Assembly (NCBI GenBank): GCA_964276515.1
Contig: OZ193909.1
Location: forward strand, 1,984,001-2,048,000
Length of the DNA: 64,000 bases
Source: Gordius albopunctatus
Lineage: Eukaryota
Direction: 5' to 3'
In this document: positions 51,919 through 64,000 of the stretch, one piece after another
Layout of the letters: each line of letters starts with the position of its first letter
How positions within the stretch are numbered: the stretch's first letter is position 1
Made by a program: the position numbers and the translations under genes
The notes under the pieces: generated by a model
The model's database searches: none
What the model was told of the DNA's origin: nothing
Seen by the model: the letters and a program-made list of their open reading frames with translations, nothing else

Positions 51919-54900
51919 TCAATTTAGTCTGGCAATGCGTTTTTGCAGGAGGGCCCAAGCTTTAGATATCTAAATTTAATAATAAATATTTTCGTTATGG
52001 TTAATTATAAATGTTATGATTTATAAATTCAACCTATAAAATTCAAAAATTATACTTTGCTGATAAAATATTTTTATAAATAAACTCATTATAAATGCGC
52101 TTTTAATTTCCTCAATATGCTAAATATAATAAAAGTTGAGATTTGTAATAACAAGTTTTTTTTCGTTTTAATGGAATATTAACTTTAAAATTTATATGGA
52201 TGTATTGTAAGATAATAATTACTAATTCGCGAGAAAAATCAGGTCCGTATTCGGTCGTAAGTAAAACGTCAGCATAAGGAATTCTACTTTCGGCCCTTGG
52301 TTGAGCGTCAACTCTCAATTCTGCTTCTTCTTTCGAAATTTTATTCCTTTCCATCAATCTTTCAATCGCCTAAAATTATTTCATAATTTGACTAATTCGG
52401 TCGTATTAAAAAATAAATTTAATCAGTTAAACTGAAGTTGCGAAGTTTAAAATTAATGTCTAATTTGGTCCTTCTATATAAAAATGACTTGTGGGACAAA
52501 AAAATAATTAATTTTAAACTGGTCAGAAGTCCATGAATCCATATAAGTTTATTACTTTTAAAAATAATAACTATTTATATTAATTTATTTAGAGAGAGAG
52601 AGAAACAAGGTGGAATATGTGCACAATGTAGTGTAAGACAAATATAAAATTTTTGGTTCATATTGGCTTGTCAAAGGCGTTGGTATAGCCTTTGTCTTTG
52701 AACAAGAGCTAGCGGGTTCAAATCCCGCTTTCTCAACTTTCCTTTAAAATATATCACATCGTCAACACGGCTAACAGGCCTGGATAGCCGAGCATCACCC
52801 CTCATCCAAATATTTAAAGAAGCTGATCACCTTAGTGTAACAAACAGCTATTGCAAATATAGGCTCATCAGTAAGACAGAGCTTCGAGATGGATGTTTAT
52901 AAAAACTAAATTAACTTATAAACAATTTAAGGTGTTATACTACTGTGGTAAATAATCAATTTGTTTAGAAATTAAATGCAAACGATTCCCTTTTCTGGAT
53001 ATAAAATTCTAAATCCGTGGTGATCTTGTATATATATTTCATTATAACGAAGAGCGGGCGGATGAAATTTCGCTAACAACAATTTCTAATGGAAATTATA
53101 CACAAAGCCAGGTCTAAATAGCCGAGCGCTACGGCAAATGGCATGGTAGTCGTCAGTGCAATTAAGTCACATGGTTGAACATACTGCAAACAAAAAAGGC
53201 AGTTTCTTAACAACAAAACTTAGAATGGGCTCGAGTAGTATAGTAATAATGACCATAAAATAACGAAAAGTTGCCTATACAGCATGTATTCTTAAATCTA
53301 AACGGAAGAACATAATCAAGAATGTTTTGAGACAAATATGCATAGTAATTTAGTGGACAAGAAAATTACAAAAACGGAATGGAATTAGACCAGCTTCTCG
53401 TCTCTGAGCAAAAGTGGCCAACTCATACATTGAAACTCAGCATAGAAGGTACACTAATCAATGAAGTGACGGAATTTACTCTTCAAACTGATTGAACCTA
53501 CGAAGAAAATGAAGATTTGCGGAAATAGTTGAACGAAACAATGTGCAATATACATAATTGTGACGTAAAGGGAGCGCCGAAAGTCTGCGAGAGTGATATT
53601 ATTGTGCGCATAAAATAGCCCCGCCCACGTCGAAAGTGTCCTTTCCTTTTGAAGACTTTCTTTTGTCATAGAGAGTGGGATATGTTGAAGACCCGCAACG
53701 GGCCTGTTTAGGTCAGTCAGCCGCCCGTTTAAAAATTTAAAAGCCCGGACCCGTTAAAATATTAAATTATACACCCGGGCCCGGCTCAATAATTTTATAG
53801 AAAGCCCAGGTCAAGTCCGTATAATTTTTTTCTTCTTTTTTTAGATTTTATTTTTTTTACAGAAATGATAAACTATATGTATGTGTTACAAATTTTAATA
53901 ATCAATATGTGAAAATAATAAATTATCAATAAAATCCGGTCAGACGAGTTCTCTGACTGATAAATGGCGACCTAATTGATAGCGATTAAGAAGCCAGACA
54001 ATTTACTAAGACCTATCGCTATTGGGGGAGTTTTTAGGAGGATTATTTCTAAAATAATATGATATAAAATCAAACCGATCCTTTCCACTAACCTAAGTCC
54101 ACATCAATTAGGTTTTGGAATAAAGGGTGGCTGCGAAGCTGCTAGTCATGCCGCTAGGCTAGCCCTCGAAGGCATACCATCGGATCATTGCATGGTCAAA
54201 CTAGACTTTGCCAACGCTTTTAATAGCCTTCGTAGAGATGTCCTTATCGAAAATTTTCTCGAGAAATTTCCGGAGTTCCATAACTACATCTTATTAAGTT
54301 ATGGCTCAACATCCTTTTTAAGATTTGGGGATTTTAAAATAAATTCATCTGAAGGTATCCAACAAGGTGACCCATTGGGTCCGCCATTATTTTGCTCAGG
54401 CATCCAATGTTTAGTGGAAAAAATATCGCACGAATGCGACCTAACACTAAATATTTGGTACTTAGACGATGCCACCCTTTGTGGTCATCCTCGCGAAGTT
54501 TTTAAAGCCATCAAAATTATAAAGGAGTTCGAACCAATTTTAAAACTAAAACTAAACGAGACCAAATGTGAGATCTTTCAATCCCCTGATTACTCCTTAT
54601 ATCCACACATTACCCCTTTTTTTAGCAATCGAGAAAGACGCTATGTGCCATCTTGGATCGCCTATAGGTGGTAGAGTTGGACTCGCAACTTATTTGGAGA
54701 AAAATCTCTCTATTTTAAACTCAAAATTAGATCTCTTAAAGTGTTTGCCTTCACACCACGGTTTTTACATAATGAAAAACTATTTTAATATTTCAAAAAT
54801 TCAAGACTGTTTTCGCTCTTCAAGTGCTTTTTTACACTCGGAAATTTTAAACCTCTTCGAACAGAATATTAAATCTATTTTATAATCTATTTTAAATATA

Positions 54901-57900
54901 AAGTTCAATACTTATAGCTGGTTACAAGCTTCCCTACCAAACAAATCGGGTGGTTTAAGGATTCGCTCACCTGCCGCAATATCTCTAGTCTCGTTTATTT
55001 CATCTTACAAATCGGTACAAGATACCATTTTTAAGTTGTATCCTGTTAAAGAAGACCCGCTTTTACCCATTGCTTTAGCTATTAGGGAAAACAATACCAA
55101 TCCCGGAACACCTTTGCCACAAACCTCACGACAAAAAGATTGGGATGCCGGACTTGTGTTGCACTCCGTTGATTATCTAATTTCGAGTAGCGATGCAAGT
55201 CAGTGTTCTAATTTAAGGTCGTTTTTGTTTGATGGCTCAGGTCACGAATGGCTAGACGTCTACCCAAGCTGTCTCACCGGGATGATGCTGGAGGACTCGG
55301 AACTTTTGTACTCCATAGCTCTCAGGCCAGGGGTAAAATTTTCGAAGCCATTTATTTGCCGAAATTGCAGCATACTTGTAGACGAACAAGCCAGGCATCC
55401 CTTACACTGCCTGGCAAACAAATTCAAATATGTTAGACACAATAAGGCCAATACCTTAATTCAAAGTGCACTGAAGAGAGCAAATATCCCATCCATCTTG
55501 GAGCCATCGGACCCCTCCTTGGAGGGACGTATGCGTCCTGATGGATCTTCTTTAGTCCCATGGAGCAATGGTCTTCACCTTAAATGGGACTTCACGTGTA
55601 TTGACCTATTTGCCCCCTCTAACTACAACAATGATTCTTTAGCTGTCGCAGAGGGGCGGAAAACTAATAAATACAAAGCCCTAGCATCTTCAAACATTTT
55701 TATTCCATTGGTTGCTTCGTGTTCAGGCACCTTTGGCAAACAGGCCTTAGCCTTTTTTAAAGAGGTAGGAAGACGTTCTCCCCCGTCTAAACATTCGGTA
55801 TCCTTTTAACTTAAACAACGACTTGGTATTCTTATAGCCAAGTACAATTTTAAATCGTTCGCGGATCCTTGGCCAATTTTGGAAGATCCCCTCGATGATG
55901 ATATATTAGAATAGTGTATTATTTTATTTGACGCATTTTGTCTTTTATATTTTATGTATTTATATTATATTACTGTCAACGGATTTTTAACAAATAAACT
56001 TTTAAAATAAATAAAAAAAAAATTCTTTTACTAGTGGCACTTGTAGCCGGGATACATAAAACCATATATGCCAAATAAACCTTTGAAACCTTAAAGGTCA
56101 AAATATTTTTAATATGGCTTTTTGGCTTTACGGCCAAAATCTGTTAGGTATACCCACCCAATGCAAAATCGGTTTTAAATCTGCTTCTACCAATCACTGG
56201 CAAATCTAGAAACTTTTAAAAAGGTGAATGGACCCTTAACAATTTGGTGATCTTATTTAGAGGCCTGCAAATTCCCTTTTTTTCAACCCGACCCGACCCG
56301 AAAGCGTTTTTATATTTTCAGCCCGAACCCGACCCGACCCAAAAGCGTTTTTTTTATATAAATTTTGCAAATAAAATAAGTATAAAATTTTAGATCCACA
56401 TAATAATAAAACTTACTTTTTTGTTGATTCATGAATATTTAGTTATATCTTTATGTAGTTAAATTTATGATTTACTCTATAGACTATAAACAATAATAAA
56501 TAATCATTTGTTAATATTTTACCTTTCGTGATTCAACTTTGAATTGAATATTTAATTGTATCTTTATGTAGTTAAATTTATAATCTACTCTATAGACTAT
56601 AAACAATAATAAATACTCATTTGTTAATATTTTACCTTTCGTGATTCAGCTTTAAATTTAAATTTTCCTCCAAATTAAACGAATTAAGAAATTGAAAAGG
56701 AAATTGATTCTATGAATGAATGAATATAATTAGTTATACAATTCGATATTGTATAACTAAAATTATAGATAATAGCATTAATTTAACAAATACGTTTCGT
56801 TCATTTTGTAATGTAAGATTCATATCCTTTGACCTGACTCTATAAATCTAACCCGACCCGACCCGAATGCATTCTAAAATTTTCAACCCGAACCCAAAAA
56901 TTTTTAACCCTAACCCGACCCGAGGTCGGGTCCGATCGGGTCGGGTGACCCGTGCAGGCCTCTAATCTTATTGCCTTTTAAAATAAGTGTCGAACCTTGG
57001 TGAACATAATTATTAATTGTTATCTAAATATTTTATAATATGATATATTTATAGGTCCGGCCCGCCCCGGATTTATGATATTTAAGGCCGGAGATTGGCC
57101 CAGAATTCTCAGGCCAGGTCTCGGGTGACACCTGCAGGTCTCTAGTTGAGCATTAATCGGAGCGCATAATCTATAAACCTTTTTGCCCCCCCCCCCCCAA
57201 ATCTAAATCCTGGCTACGCCCGTGCTCGCCCCATAGTAATTTATATTCCTTTTATCAGCGGAGGAGGTCTTAAAGGATGCGCTATATAACAAACAACATT
57301 AATACCTAAGATAGATAGATGGAATATTTTCCATTGCTTATCAACAACGAAGTGGAAAAATACCTATAAAAAGCAGACGAAAATATCATTTACCATGTCA
57401 CGTGGTACGAAGGAAAGCCAAACCTCGTGACACATTTTCGACCAATCGGCTTCGATTAAAAGTGACGCCTCTACAACCACTACGCGCTCGCGTCGTTCGA
57501 TCGCTTCATTAATTTTTCCCATAACCATCTTAGCTAATTTCGGCCAAACCAAACGATTCAAAATTTGTCTCTTCTCCTAAACATATTTCAAATATTTTTC
57601 ATTTCAAATTTAACATATTTTTCTACCATTCGGGTGTATATGGATTAATCGTTTGGACAGTATATTTTACTTTTATGATACTTGATAATTCAAGGCTTAT
57701 ATAATATAAACTCGATAATTTTAGGCTTACATATTACAAATGTTAATTTAATATGATTTGTGTAAAATGCTATAACAGTTCATTTTCGCAATATCAATCT
57801 CGGAAAAATCATATGCTCATCAATGAGGGGTAGGGAGCAAAAGGTATAGTAAAAATTTAAGGACGGGCAAAAACATGATGATTCAAAAATGTAACAAATT

Positions 57901-60900
57901 AATAATATTAAGGAGGAGGGGGGACAGTTACCTCTCCTTGCCCCAACTCCATGTTTACACAGTTCTCAATGAATTTTTCCAAATTAAAAGGTTTATTGAT
58001 TCAATAACACGGGAGCAGAAAAAAGAGCGCAAAACCTGTTAAAAGGATAACGCTTCAATCAAGCACGTTAAAATCGCGAAAAAACGAAAAAACAATAAAA
58101 AAAACGAATTAAAATTGAAACTTAAAGGAAAAACTTCGTTTTCAAACACGACACCAGCCAGCTTCCTTCGATCTATTCTGCCTCTAGGATTCAAAATGGC
58201 GGGCCCGCAGAGCTTAACCAACTCCGTGGTCACTCCGGTCTCGTATTGGCCTGAGTCAGTGTATAGGCCGTGGGTTAAGAGATCGCAATCCACACAACAG
58301 ACGTCATGATTTTGTTGCACCAAGAGATTGGATAACGTAGATTTACCGCTACATATGCCCCCGGTCAGGCCAATTATGTAGGGTGGACATTTAAAGCTGG
58401 GTAATCTTTCCATTTTGGGATTCTCTCTTTCTTCCTTGACGTTCTAAAATGATTATTTTAACTGGTTTTTCGTTTACTTATAGGTACACAACCCGAGAAA
58501 AATCTCGGGACGAGAATTTGAAAAATGGAGTCGAGATCGAGACGAGATTTTTTGGGCGAGATCTCGACTTTTTATTGATCGTTAGATTTAGGTTAATTAT
58601 TGTGTATTTTAATTTGCAAGATTTACATTTAAGGTATTAAGTGTAAATCAATATGTATGGAATATATTTGATATTAAAAAAATTCCTAAGTGTGCTGTCC
58701 TTGCACCCGAGAATTTATATATATGCTACGATTTTTATTATATGCATCTTTATTGCGTTCACCCTATGCTACGTTTATTATTAGCCATCCTTATCGTTTT
58801 TTATCACCATGATTTAGCGATTATTAATATTATATTACCTCGCGATCACTCGTAATTAATTAATTTTTTTTTGTGTAGAAAAGAAATAAATGGAGCCATT
58901 TTATCGCGTATAATTCCGTCGCGTCGTTGAAATAAATAAATAAATTCTATTATTAATAATTAATTGGAGGATGTATTACTAAGTGTAGTAAATATTGTAT
59001 ATTTTTGCAAAAATCTTTAAATTTACCTAAGTATAGTTGACCCTTAGGGTATGTGAATAATTTTATAATATCTTTATCACATATTTGTATTAATAGCATT
59101 ATTAAGTTTTACAAAATTTTGGGCGCTTAGAATGAGTTCTGGTGGAATAGTAAATATTAGGTCCTAAAGCATATTTGAATTTTCTAGTTACTCATCCTGC
59201 ATGATGCGGCAATTATAAATTGATGGTCAATCAGTTTGAATAATAAGTATACAAGCTAAACTAAGGTGGCTCTAGGCTGCTCAACTCCCTCAAGACTCTC
59301 ACTGCTCACAGCTATGACTGCATTACCTCTAAATCCAACATTTTTTTGAAGTTTATTCTGGCCCTAAATTTTAAAAAATGTTCCTTTTGCCCCCCCCCCC
59401 TTGCCCTTCAATTCCAATTCTGGCTACACCCATGGCTGTATCTAGAGTTGTTAAATTGCTAACTTTCTTCAAACTCCAGACGCGGGCACGCACACTGAGT
59501 TGTTTAATATGCGCGTTAGCACAATATGTGCTCGCTTTTGGTACACTAGGCAGAGCAGTAGCATATAAAAATGCTCGAGGGCCGAGCAGAAACTCGAGCA
59601 GGTGGTAGCTGGAGTTGAAGAAAGTTAGCAATATAACAACTCTAGTTGTATCTTTCATATTAATTGCTATGCAATTTATGTTTATTTACTTACATATTTT
59701 TCGAAGCCCATTTTACGGTTCATATATTTTAGAGGAGTCCTTAAAAAGAATGTGAATTAATTTCACGTAAATCAAGTCAGGTGTAGGATGCACATTGCTT
59801 GCTTATCAACTTTAAATAAGTGAATACCGTTTTTCAATATTGATTTGTCGAATGTGTTATGTTTGTTATATATAGGTAATTCAGTTAAAATATATAACCA
59901 TAACACGGGCAGAGCCAGCATTGGGATTAGAGAGGGGCAAAATGATCCTTTTTTATAATTTTTGTCATAATTATAATATTTAAACAAATTTTTGGATTTA
60001 GAGGGGGGACAGCCGATCTTCCCTGCCCCCCCCCCCCGGCTACGCACATGAACTATAAAGCCGAGTCAAACATCCTTTATAGAATATTTTTAAAAGTAAT
60101 AAATGTAAACATGGTTAAAAATGAAAAAATGATGATCGTCATTGAAGATCTCGGTACACATGCTTTCCTTAAATTCGAAAAAACCCTTATTTAGTGCTAA
60201 ATTATGTTGTAATCTAATCACACATTATTAGCTAATTCGTGATAATCTCTGTCATAAGTGATAGAACACAAGATGTTAGATATTTTTAGGCTACAAAAGT
60301 CGGATTTTACTATTAGCGAGGATTTGAATCTCAAGGGTACGATGCCTGATAGAAAGTAAATTGTTTCACATGTTTGAGATATTGAAAAAGTATAATTTGA
60401 ATCATAAATTTCGTATGTGGAAGCAAGGAGGGGTTAATACCTCACTATGTTTAAATAATTTACTTCTCATAATTTTTAAAACTTTGCTAATTTTTATTTT
60501 ATGTAGGATGGAAAAAAAATTACTTTATGATTAATGAAGGTTCCCAGCAACGCTTTTCTGATGTGGGACGAGCTGAGCTTGTTCTTAAGCTTATCTTCTT
60601 CGCTTAAACTCTGCAAATTACCAACTTTATCTCCACCTTCAAGTATATAACCTACAACTTCCAAATGAAGTGGCTTCATATTCTAGTTTATGATATAATA
60701 AATTCAGTAATTTAATAAAATATTTAAGTGAAAGTATGCATGTTGGGTTGAAGTTTTTTTAAAATTCTTTTGGTGTATTTATAATATTTTAGTTAAGGAT
60801 CATTTTATGTGATGCTAAAATTAAAGATTTTGGGTGTTGATAAATGTTGACAAAAATTAAATATTTGCATCTAAATTCAATTCATGTTTAATGCCAAGGC

Positions 60901-61726
60901 TAAGGAACATGGTTATTTTTGGAATATTAAAGCAATACTTATTTACATATTTGAAAGATTTCAATTTGATAATCCTATAAATTTAAATTACTCTTTTTAT
61001 TCTCTCTTCATTAATCTTTTTGCCTCCTTTAATGGTCTCGTTTGTTACAACACAACACTCAACTTCAGGCATAAAAATGGCAGGACCATAAGTATCATAC
61101 AATGGCACAATTAAATACCTTAAAATCCATCACAAAATAATTAAATTTATGTAAGTCATTTACAGCTAAACACATTTATATTATAAATTATACTAATAAA
61201 ACTCTACAAATAAAAAAACTATTTTTGCATTCAGTTATAAATTTCTTATCTACCTCAATTTTTTCAACCATTTATTTTAAAGCACAAAATTTAATTTGAT
61301 AAGAGGCTAAGCATAAAATATAATTTTATTTCTGAGTTTCTTTATAACAATGTGAAGATACTATTTCTTTACAATTATAAGATACCTTAAGGATGGGTTG
61401 ACACTTTGCAAATAGTTGCGCACAGCATCAATCCTGCAATCGATTGGTTGAATTAGTTCACGTAGTTCTTTTTCTTCAAATTTATTAAATCCTAAGAGAA
61501 TAATTATTTTACTTTTAATCATTGGCCCATCACTAACGCCACAGACAACTAAACCTTTTGCAATTGATGATGCATAGGTTAATAAATGTTTATGACCCTC
61601 GTGCAATCTATCAAAAGTACCACCAAGTGCCACTGCTTCATATATTGGAAATGTTTTGGCATGATCTTTGTTAGTGCCATGTAAAACAGAGAAATTCTTG
61701 TTGTTACATTCACCAGAAGTGTTCAT
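51919..61726 (-). CDS. COASY: Bifunctional CoA synthase, copy B
   Basis: Same exon set as copy A, all open. In-frame ATG (MNTSGEC) at 61726; ends ISKAWALLQKRIARLN*. Confidence 0.92.
52665..52850 (+). mobile_element. tRNA-derived SINE (absent from the paralogous COASY-A intron)
   Basis: B-box GGTTCAAATCC; matches 7785-7972; empty site near 41150. Confidence 0.75.
53973..56022 (+). mobile_element. 5'-truncated CRE-like non-LTR retrotransposon (RT + restriction-like endonuclease), disabled
   Basis: LRPIAIG, KLDFANAFNS, GIQQGDPLGPPLF and WYLDD motifs; CxxC..HPLHC, RHN, RPDG..WDFT and E.RK..KY; polyA tail; contains a frameshift and stops. Confidence 0.88.
56258..56964. mobile_element. hAT MITE family B
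   Basis: TAGAGGCCTGCA TIRs, a perfect 8-bp TSD ATCTTATT, ACCCG repeats, and an empty site near 42434. Confidence 0.92.
59443..59644. mobile_element. hAT MITE family A, copy 5
   Basis: Same TIRs; TSD GCTGTATC/GTTGTATC. Confidence 0.9.
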
Positions 61727-62351
61727 TTTAGGTTGATGAATGGGAATGAAAAGTGAAAATATTAAAGAAATTTTGTCTGAATAAAAAGAAAATAGCATAA
61801 ATTTTGCATTGATTGGGTTAAATTTTAAGGAGTACATTAATGGTCACAATGAGGCAGGATAAATTATATTAATCCTTCTAATAATTTTAGATTACAAAAT
61901 ATAGACAATACTTCTATTTGTTAGCATATTATGAATAACTAATTAAATGGCTTAGATTTATACAAAATTATGGACTATATTTTAGGATTTACCTAGAAGA
62001 TTATAAATATGAATCCATGAGAAGCCTGTTAAAAATCAACAAATTTAAACCATCGCTGCATGTGTTAGTGTTACAACAGCTGATGCGTTCAACAAGATTA
62101 AAAAGCCATCACTTAACCTGTAAAACTAAGGACTAGGACTAATAATTATTTATATGTCATCTTAAGGACGCTTATCAAATCTTAACTTATATTTTACCAA
62201 AATCTATTACTTTTCCCTAATTATATCATTGCAGAAAAATTTAATTGAAAGTGCCTGCCGAAAATTGACGAGTTGGATGGTCCTATAAATACATTAAAAT
62301 TTAAAATCAATTTATATTTTTTAATAGCAAGATACTTATTATTTTTCTCAA

Positions 62352-63836
62352 ATGACGATTGGAGTAGAAAATTTAGATAAAAATTTTAACCCTCCGAACC
62401 CCCATTATTTTGAATCTACCTTAAATGAAATAAAGTTGCATAAAACAAATAAAACAAAGCCTATTGAATCATGTTGCCTTCAAGGCAATCTATGGCTCTT
62501 GGAATTGAGAAAGTATAACAGAAACATTCAAATAAGGTAACTATATTAAGTAATTTTTTGACCCTTTAGAAATAAAAAGGTTAAAGATCTCACCTGCGAA
62601 TATAAACTAAAAGTTGATCAGAAATTTTTAACTTTGCAAAATTTATTATATCAAGTTAAATATCTGAAACAAGAGGTAATTCTTATTCACAAAATATATC
62701 AATCCAGTTAGATAAAAAAATGCTATGATTATCAAACCCAATATGATGATATATACTGGATACCACTTCAACAATTTTTAAAAATCAAACCTGAGTTTGC
62801 CAACAATGCAGAAGATCTTGGGATAGAGGGTGATATATTTATATTGCTTTAATAAGGATATTGACTCTTATGTAATTAATAGTAATCACTTTATGATTGT
62901 TTAGAGGATTGTGATGATGTTAATGGTATAAAAATCCAATTGAACTTGTCAGAAGATGCAAAAATTGATAATGAGCATTGTTTAATGATTGCTCGAATGG
63001 AATGGGAATTAGAACAAAGAAAAAGGTTTGATATAATAGAATTAAATGAATATTATTTTATAAATTTTTATTTTATTTACCACAATTTATATGTATAGCT
63101 TGAATCTAAAGTATACTGAAATGTTAAAGAAAAAATTGTTGATTGAAAGTGACATAAGAGATAAAAGAAAATTATTGGCTAGTATATATCCTACTTTAAC
63201 AAATGCATTGAAGGCTTCTCAGCCCCTTCAAAAGTTATTTAAACTCAATTTCGAAAAAGTAATATATCTAAAATCAAAATATTTATATACAATCAAATTT
63301 AGATTGTTTTTTAAAATAAATTTTACATGTATATAAAATTTTTTAGGATTACAAATATACAGATCTGATATACACTATCCCTCTACCTCTTTACCTTATC
63401 TACACTAAATGGCAGGCCTACATAAATTTGTTTGATGATAATAGTGTTGATTTGGAGATTATTGAAGGTTTTTTTCAATTATATATTGTATGTTCAATCC
63501 ATTATTGTGTTTTTACTAAATTATCATTTTTGTCACTCATGACTAGGAGATGAAGTCAAAATGGAAGAAATTACCTCTAATATGGTTTCAAACCTAGAAA
63601 AGATTATAAAAGTATCAAGGGAACAATCATTGCAAAAATCTGATGCTCATCATAATATAGACGATATTATGTCAGAAGAAATTTTATTAAATTACGAGGA
63701 TGATTATACTATTCATAATAAATCCAGAACTGCTCTGAGTACAAATGATCAAAGATATGGAGATTTTAATGAAGTGTATGGCACCATTTTGGACTGTGAC
63801 CTGCAGTACAATACTATTCAAACCATTTTTGTTTAA
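62352..63836 (+). CDS. THOC5: THO complex subunit 5 (FMIP) homolog, multi-exon
   Basis: LRKYNR, KVD...LQNLLYQV.YLKQE.KKC, H..M.ARMEWELEQRK, L.AS.PLQ and P.PLYLIY match the THOC5 N-terminal half. Short GT-AG introns. The 3' end is uncertain. Confidence 0.88.
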
Positions 63837-64000
63837 ATATGTTTTAAGTCAAGTTACAATCTTTCAATTTTTTTATTTTTGGTGATCAAATTGTTTTTTT
63901 ATAAAATGTACCTTATTTGGGCCATTGAATGGGCGTACCCAAAGCAAAATTTTGGCGATTTATTAAATTACGGCTAAAATTTCTAAAAAAAATTATCACA

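Noticed and set aside
52665..52735. tRNA gene
   Set aside because: The cloverleaf is degenerate and followed by a conserved non-tRNA body shared with 7785-7972, so it is a SINE.

Overview
AT-rich eukaryotic (probably invertebrate) DNA with many very short introns and heavy transposon load. Host genes supported from the sequence are: a 4-exon alpha-1,3-fucosyltransferase (GT10), a small secreted Cys-containing protein, DNA ligase 1, two tandem copies of bifunctional CoA synthase (PPAT/DPCK), THOC5, and exon fragments of a degenerate trypsin-like protease. Mobile elements include an apparently intact intron-containing Hermes-like hAT transposon, several hAT and piggyBac MITE families, RTE LINEs, a CRE-like retrotransposon, a small tRNA-Trp-primed LTR element, a P/THAP9 relic, tRNA-derived SINEs and Helentron-like repeats. 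The most interesting observations are four. (1) One CoA synthase copy has lost its own in-frame start and sits behind a duplicated LIG1 upstream region and first four exons; it can be spliced in frame as a LIG1-COASY chimera whose PCNA-binding motif is erased. (2) A twister ribozyme with compensatory base changes starts the full-length RTE exactly at the expected cleavage site. (3) A recent gene-conversion tract links the two COASY paralogs. (4) An unassigned two-hairpin RNA-like structure lies at about 33 kb. All calls were made by eye; no searches were run.
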